DNA of 4,404 nucleotides from the IMG/VR virus record IMGVR_UViG_2690316231_000014. One strand, written 5' to 3'. The stretch comes from a virus. Its lineage: Duplodnaviria > Heunggongvirae > Uroviricota > Caudoviricetes. Position numbers and translations under genes: made by a program. The notes under the pieces were generated by a model. That model made no database searches. It was not told the DNA's origin and was given only the letters and a program-made list of their open reading frames with translations. Of this stretch, positions 1 through 4,404 are shown piece by piece (within the stretch, counting starts at the first letter, position 1; each line of letters opens with the position of its first letter).

Positions 1-834
1 CCACGGCACATCTGCAGCACTGCCACCATGGCACTGCGCGTTAAACACGGAGAGGTCAGCACGAAACTGTGTCAGCATGGCTGTAAACAGCGCAGGTTGC
101 TGTGCGTGGGTGGCGGCGCTCATGTCAAACTCACCCTGCATCCAGCAGACGGCCAGCAGAACGTTTTTGGGATTTTTCTGCAATGCCGCTTTTGTGCGGG
201 AAATCAGATCCTGATATAACGGCTTGCCCACCCCCCAGCGTGCCGAATCCTGACTGGCCCCCGTGGACTCGCTGAATGTCCCCTCCGCGCCCTGGGTAAA
301 TGCCGAACCACCACGACAGCATGGTACCAGCAGGATCCCCGCGTTATTCGGGATATACGGGAGCAGTTTTTTGGCAATATGTAAACCCTGACCGACACAG
401 CCGTACTGCCCTTTGCTCAGGTCAGCCCTCGGATGATTCAGCGTACTCATATCCTGCACATCATGCAGACAGTGGTCAGCCGGAATAATATCGTTATATC
501 TGCAGGCAGCCCCGCCCGGCGTCACTGTACTGCGGCGCGCCAGCTGTTTAATGCGCGGATCCGGAGCATCGTATGAATCCGGCAGCGGAAGCCCTTCACC
601 GTAAGCCATGGCATTGGACTGCCCGGCCAGTACGATGACGTAGTACCAATCCGGCTCAGATGAAGGGCCGACCTGTGGCTCTCCTTCAATAGCCACCGCC
701 TGCATCAGTGTGTACGGCGTAATGGCAACCGGTCCGCCGTATGGCTGCCAGCCCTCTTTCAGTTTGTGTGTCAGCTTTTCCGCAAGGTCTGACGGCGACG
801 CCGCCCTGACAACATCGTAATGTTTAATCGACAT
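1..834 (-). CDS. Partial CDS (N-terminal 278 codons; continues beyond position 1): prophage NanS-p-like sialate O-acetylesterase, SGNH/SASA-family hydrolase with a DUF1737-like N-terminus
   Basis: Hand translation of the minus strand from ATG at 834..832 is open for 278 codons to the window edge, which is why it is missing from the ORF track. It begins MSIKHYDVVRAASPSDLAEKLTHKLKEGWQPYGGPVAITPYTLMQAVAIEGEPQVGPSSEPDWYYVIVLAGQSNAMAYGEGLPLPDSYDAP. A GGGAG Shine-Dalgarno (forward 842-846) sits 7 nt upstream of the ATG. GQSNAMAYG is the block-I catalytic-serine motif of SASA/SGNH sialate O-acetylesterases. From memory, the N-terminus and overall architecture match the esterases encoded downstream of stx in Stx-converting phages. 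The four short ORFs in the track over 28-488 are in other frames. Confidence 0.75.
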   Translation of the reverse strand, partial: MSIKHYDVVRAASPSDLAEKLTHKLKEGWQPYGGPVAITPYTLMQAVAIEGEPQVGPSSEPDWYYVIVLAGQSNAMAYGEGLPLPDSYDAPDPRIKQLARRSTVTPGGAACRYNDIIPADHCLHDVQDMSTLNHPRADLSKGQYGCVGQGLHIAKKLLPYIPNNAGILLVPCCRGGSAFTQGAEGTFSESTGASQDSARWGVGKPLYQDLISRTKAALQKNPKNVLLAVCWMQGEFDMSAATHAQQPALFTAMLTQFRADLSVFNAQCHGGSAADVPW

Positions 835-920
835 CGAATTTCTCCCGTGTAGAGGAACAGAGTTAAAAAGCCGGAAGCGGAATCAAATCACAGGATGACC
901 ATCTGCCAGTGGCAGGTCAT

Positions 921-947
921 AAAAAAAAGGCTGCGCAATGCGCAGCC
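921..947 (-). terminator. Rho-independent terminator for minus-strand transcription (8-bp GC-rich stem, 3-nt loop, U8 tract)
   Basis: Forward 929-947 is GGCTGCGCAATGCGCAGCC, a perfect 8-bp stem (GGCTGCGC/GCGCAGCC) with a 3-nt loop. On the minus strand it is followed immediately by eight T (forward A8 at 921-928). There is no T-run after the hairpin on the plus strand, so it is unidirectional. Confidence 0.7.
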
Positions 948-1376
948 AGAACTCACAAGGAAAATGATAAAAGGAATAACACTAGTGATGTACGCATGGC
1001 GCCTCCCGCTAAGTTCTGCAATGATCAAACAGAACTCGCTACGTGCCCTTAAAACTCGATCATTTAGCCCCTCCAAGGAGGATTCACCATGCGGTTGATT
1101 TTTTAATAAACAGTAAACAAAAAAGTCAAGAATTATTCATTCTGTTCTTTCATCATCGGCCACAGCAATACCACAATGCCGCAGACCAGAGCGCCATCAG
1201 TCAGTACCAACATTATCCTGCTGGTGAAATCCATCATCACCATCACTAAAAGCAGGATCACAACAGCAAGCAGACACAGTTTATAAAACAATGTTCAGAA
1301 AACGCATTCAGCATGCCTAAGGTTCTATTCCTACGAATAGCCAACTTGCAACTTAAAATATTATTTATGCAGCCAA

Positions 1377-2135
1377 TTAAATTCTGGTCCTTACAATATC
1401 AACCTGAAGATTCTTATCTTGTGCTGATTGATAAATGACAAACCTTTTACTACCTGCATTGAAAGAAGTAGACAAAACCAGACAATTATCATAACGAGCA
1501 AGAACATAATACCAACCATCATTATAATTAATCATTTCATATTCTTTCTTAAACTGTGGTTTGTAATATCCTGTCAGAAATGAAAAAAGCCAAAAATATG
1601 CCACAAAAGCAATCATCACAATCTCAAAAAAATGTTTTTTTATAAATGGCTTATCATAGAAGCATGATACCGATAAAAATCGCCCATAAGATCTTATCGA
1701 AATTGTAACCGCCAGCGCAATCGCTGCTGACAGTAGCAAAAGAGGTACCTGAATCTTCTGTCTCAATATAGAAAACTCAATAATTGCCGGCACAAACAAT
1801 AATTCCACAGCAAAATAAAGGCGAAATACATTTAGCTCTTGCATAGAATGTTTTCTTTTCACTGCGAAAAAGAATACAACACCAATACCCCAACCGATAA
1901 GAAATATAGCAATGACGATAACTGCAAAAAATAAACTTCTGGCAACATCATCAACACCTGCACCTACAATCCACCATGGGAAGCCGTAGTAAAAAGAAGT
2001 ACCCCATCCATAGAAATAAGCACTCCCCCATCCAAGGCATCCCATGTAGGCAATAAAAAGTGAAGAACTCCTGAGCAGCGCACCATCCTTCATAACCACC
2101 CCAATACAAGATGATAACATTGGCTTACAACTCAT
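1377..2135 (-). CDS. Hypothetical multi-pass inner-membrane protein with a ~60-aa hydrophilic C-terminal domain; AT-rich cargo (moron) gene of unrecognised family. Start uncertain: ATG 2135, or ATG 2093 preceded by GGGGTGG
   Basis: A 252-codon ORF on the same strand as Q, about 160 nt downstream of the pR'-like promoter. No competing ORF of 60 aa or more is reported on either strand across this 759 bp despite its AT-richness. By eye there are 5-6 hydrophobic segments (GWGSAYFYGWGTSFYYGFPWW, LFFAVIVIAIFLIGWGIGVVFFFAV, VFRLYFAVELLFVPAIIEF, VPLLLLSAAIALAVTISI, FFEIVMIAFVAYFWLFSFLTGYY) and then a polar C-terminal tail. Hand-counted G+C in sampled 60-nt blocks is 25-37%, against about 50% in Q. 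The first ATG has no Shine-Dalgarno. Confidence 0.6.
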   Translation of the reverse strand: MSCKPMLSSCIGVVMKDGALLRSSSLFIAYMGCLGWGSAYFYGWGTSFYYGFPWWIVGAGVDDVARSLFFAVIVIAIFLIGWGIGVVFFFAVKRKHSMQELNVFRLYFAVELLFVPAIIEFSILRQKIQVPLLLLSAAIALAVTISIRSYGRFLSVSCFYDKPFIKKHFFEIVMIAFVAYFWLFSFLTGYYKPQFKKEYEMINYNDGWYYVLARYDNCLVLSTSFNAGSKRFVIYQSAQDKNLQVDIVRTRI

Positions 2136-2279
2136 AACAAAAGCAATTCAATGCCGTCAAGAGGTTACAGGCTAAAAAAACTCTATTACATTGCAGTCAG
2201 CATGTTTACTACACAAATACAATTCAGAGCATAAAAACTACTCGGCGGCAGGTTATTGAGACTCATCAATGACATGTAA

Positions 2280-2335
2280 AAAACGCCCATTATTGGTGTC
2301 AAGTTTCCCCAAAGTTATTCAAAAAGTCAATATTA
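2280..2335 (-). promoter_or_regulatory. Lambda-like late promoter pR' with Q-utilisation (qut) region
   Basis: Directly after the Q stop the minus strand reads GATTGCCACGGATGGCAACATATTAACGGCATAATATTGACTTTTTGAATAACTTTGGGGAAACTTGACACCAATAATGGGCG. From memory this aligns with lambda pR'/qut. The -35 TTGACT is at forward 2330..2325, the spacer is 17 bp, and the -10 position reads GAAACT (2307..2302) where lambda has TAAATT. A -10-like AATAAT lies in the initial transcribed region, as in the lambda pause-inducing element. Confidence 0.55.
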
Positions 2336-2372
2336 TGCCGTTAATATGTTGCCATCCGTGGCAATCATGGCG

Positions 2373-2996
2373 CTAACGTGTGATCGCATTCAAAATGTTG
2401 TCTGCGATTGACTCTTCCTTGTGGCATTGCACAACCAGAGCGTCATACAGCGGCTTAACAGTGCGTGACCAGGTGGGTTGGGTAAGGTTTGGGATTAGCA
2501 TCGTCACAGCGCGATATGCGGCGCTTGCTGGCATTCTTGAATAACCGACGCCTTTACATCTTCCGCACTCTTTCTCAGCAACTATCCCCCACTGCTCTGT
2601 TTTGGCTATATCAACCGCACGGCCTGTACCGTGGCAATCTCGGCATCTTGCGCCCGGCGTAGCGGCACTACGGCAATAATCCGCATAAGCGAATGTTGCG
2701 AGCACTTGCAGTACCTTTGCCTTAGTATTTCCTTCAAGCTTTGCCACGCCACGGTATTTCCCCGATACCTTGTGTGCAAATTGCATCAGATAGTTGATAG
2801 CCTTTTGTTTGTCGTTCTGGCTGAGTTCGTGCTTACCACAGAATACAGCCATTCCGAATCCGGCTTGTGATTGCGCCATCCCCATAGCAGCCATCACATC
2901 AGTACCGGAAAGAGAGTCAGAAGCCGTGGCCCGTGGTGAGTCGCTCATCATCGGGCTTTTTGGCGAATGAAATTTAGCTATGCTTTCGAGTCTCAT
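2373..2996 (-). CDS. Q: Late-gene antiterminator Q (lambda type)
   Basis: Complete 207-codon ORF, ATG 2996..2994 to TAG 2375..2373. The translation ([44 protein letters not shown] ... [18 protein letters not shown]) is, as recalled, near-identical to phage lambda Q. It carries the paired Cys cluster CRDCHG ... CGRCKG. The start overlaps the upstream stop (ATGA) and it is followed by pR'/qut. Confidence 0.95.
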   Translation of the reverse strand: MRLESIAKFHSPKSPMMSDSPRATASDSLSGTDVMAAMGMAQSQAGFGMAVFCGKHELSQNDKQKAINYLMQFAHKVSGKYRGVAKLEGNTKAKVLQVLATFAYADYCRSAATPGARCRDCHGTGRAVDIAKTEQWGIVAEKECGRCKGVGYSRMPASAAYRAVTMLIPNLTQPTWSRTVKPLYDALVVQCHKEESIADNILNAITR

Positions 2997-3658
2997 GCGC
3001 CTTCTCCCTGTACCTGAATCAATGTGAGGTTTCCGCAGAACACTGCGCCAGTATCGATATACATCTGGTTGGCAAATTTGAGTGGTTTCACTGCTGGCGT
3101 ATGACCAAAGATGAACGTGTCCGCGCCTTTGATTTCTTTCACGATCCCGTCTTGTGAGTTGCTGATTCGTTCGCGGTTCCAGATTACCTGCTGATGATCA
3201 ACTGGCTTTCCAAACTCGTATTTATCACAAGGATAATCGGCGTGGCAGATGACATATTTTTTTCCTTTACTCACCAGTTCGATGATTAACGGAAGTTCAT
3301 CTGCTTTATGGGCAAGAGCTTTAGCCAGAATTTCTTTGTCGTAATCGAGATTAAAGAACCAGCCACCGCCATTAAGCAGCCAGTGATTGACGTTTCCACG
3401 CTCTGATAAGCCATCAATCATCATGTGCTCATGGTTTCCACGTACAGCTCTGAACCAGGGGAATGTGATTAATTCCAGGCATTCTACGTTCTCTGTACCG
3501 CGATCAACCAAATCGCCCACCGAGATAAGCAGGTCTTTTTTGGTGTCGAATCCTATCGTCTCCAGTTTTTTCATCAGGTTCGTGTAGCATCCGTGCAGAT
3601 CGCCAACTACCCAAATATTTCGGTATTTGCTGCCATCAATTCTTTCGTAGATATTCAT
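2993..3658 (-). CDS. Serine/threonine protein phosphatase, PPP-family metallophosphatase (lambda orf221/NinI-like)
   Basis: Complete 221-codon ORF. The PPP-family signature motifs are read directly: GDLHG, GDLVDRG, RGNHE. Most of the protein ([18 protein letters not shown] ... [26 protein letters not shown]) matches lambda protein phosphatase as I recall it, with a divergent first few residues. ATGA overlaps occur at both ends (with ninG at 3655-3658 and with Q at 2993-2996). Confidence 0.95.
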   Translation of the reverse strand: MNIYERIDGSKYRNIWVVGDLHGCYTNLMKKLETIGFDTKKDLLISVGDLVDRGTENVECLELITFPWFRAVRGNHEHMMIDGLSERGNVNHWLLNGGGWFFNLDYDKEILAKALAHKADELPLIIELVSKGKKYVICHADYPCDKYEFGKPVDHQQVIWNRERISNSQDGIVKEIKGADTFIFGHTPAVKPLKFANQMYIDTGAVFCGNLTLIQVQGEGA

Positions 3659-4258
3659 GCAACCTCACTTCTGCTGTTTCGCAGTTTTTTAAGTTTCTGT
3701 TGATACTCCGCCTTGATGGCCCTGCACTCTTCGACAGTCCAGCGATAGCGGTTATGGTTTGATTCGATTTCCTCTACTGCTTCCTGCCCGATGCGGCTAA
3801 TCAGTTCGACGCGATACGGAACGAGATTTCCGCTTTTGTGCTGGTTGCACACCACGCATTGCTTGTGAATATTGCGTTCATCAAATCGGAGTTGAGGCGC
3901 CGCAGCAGTTGTCCGGTAATGTCCGGCATCCCACTGAGCAGACGTGAGCGTTCCGCACGAGATACATGGTAAGTCGCGGTCTCTTTCTCTGATGAAGGCG
4001 TTTACGGCTTGTTGGGCTTGTTTAATCCAGTAACTGCGGGGCTTTAAGGCGAGTTTTCGAATCTTAAGTTTATCTTTCTGTTTCTGCTCCTCTCGTCGTC
4101 GTTTCTTCTCTGCTGCCTTTTCCGCTTTTTCGCGTTCTTTGCTTCGTCGTTCGAGTGCTATCTTGGTTCCACACTCTGGAGAGCACCACCACTGATTGGC
4201 GAATGCAGGGTGAAACCATTCCCGACATTCATCGTTTTTACATCGTCTTCGCGCTGGT

Positions 4259-4266
<8 letters not shown>
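3655..4266 (-). CDS. ninG: NinG / Rap recombination-associated endonuclease (lambda NinG-like)
   Basis: Complete 203-codon ORF, ATG 4266..4264 to TGA 3657..3655. The translation ([105 protein letters not shown] ... CVVCNQHK) is, as recalled, closely similar to lambda NinG (Rap) and shows its characteristic Cys clusters. The start overlaps the stop of the ninF-like frame (ATGGCTAA). Confidence 0.92.

Positions 4267-4404
<138 letters not shown>

Noticed and set aside
28-488. Four ORFs of 62-64 aa from the track (28..219 +, 131..322 -, 204..398 -, 300..488 +)
   Set aside because: All overlap the 278-codon open minus-strand frame that carries the SGNH/SASA GQSN motif and a proper RBS, and all are in other frames. 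They are typical of spurious ORFs within a GC-rich coding region.
1232-1246. CATCATCACCATCAC, encoding HHHHH in the plus frame and resembling an engineered His-tag
   Set aside because: Only five codons, no flanking vector-like sequence, and the plus-strand frame containing it lacks an RBS. Most likely coincidental in an AT-rich spacer.
888-1249. ORFs 895..1098 (+), 888..1076 (-) and 1043..1249 (+) in the spacer
   Set aside because: The first two run straight through the terminator hairpin at 929-947, and the minus-strand one starts at TTG with no RBS. The third has no RBS and overlaps the better-formed minus-strand small ORF. No protein-like motifs.
1321-1345. Possible tRNA T-arm (GGTTCTATTCC) and small hairpin CTATTC-CTAC-GAATAG; tRNA genes are often found between Q and stx in Stx phages
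   Set aside because: The loop lacks the conserved TTCRA pattern, and no acceptor or anticodon stems could be built around it. No cloverleaf-compatible sequence was found anywhere in 835-1376 or 2136-2372.
1377-2135. Resemblance of the membrane protein to CPBP/Abi intramembrane proteases (VELLF and FIKKH segments)
   Set aside because: The canonical EExxxR and paired His motifs are not present (single Glu, only two His in the whole protein), so the family assignment is unsupported.
2126-2160. Possible sigma-70 promoter TTGACG (2160..2155) with a downstream TATGAG overlapping ATG 2135
   Set aside because: The -10 lacks the conserved final T and the spacing is 18 bp; too weak to call without data. 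It is noted only because it would favour the internal start at 2093.
2631-3587. Plus-strand ORFs 2631..2870 (79 aa) and 3387..3587 (66 aa)
   Set aside because: They are antisense to Q and to the phosphatase gene, both of which are confidently identified; no RBS or recognisable motifs.

Overview
This window reads as the late-regulatory junction of a lambdoid prophage, with every supported gene on the minus strand. From high to low coordinates: a ninF-like C-terminal remnant (4259-4342), ninG/rap (3655-4266), a lambda-type Ser/Thr protein phosphatase (2993-3658), antiterminator Q (2373-2996) and a lambda-like pR'/qut late promoter (about 2280-2335). Downstream lies a visibly AT-rich block of roughly 1.3 kb carrying a 252-codon multi-pass membrane protein ORF (1377-2135) of a family I do not recognise, in the slot where Stx phages carry stxAB. 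It is followed by a strong intrinsic terminator (921-947) and the 5' part of a NanS-p-like sialate O-acetylesterase gene (834 down to 1, running off the window and absent from the supplied ORF track for that reason). I found no rRNA, tRNA, CRISPR array, integrase or IS element. The main hunt candidate is the AT-rich membrane-protein cargo gene, together with the small ORFs and RNA structures between pR' and the esterase gene. All identifications rest on hand translation, motifs read in the sequence and recalled homology; nothing was database-verified, and novelty cannot be established without a search.
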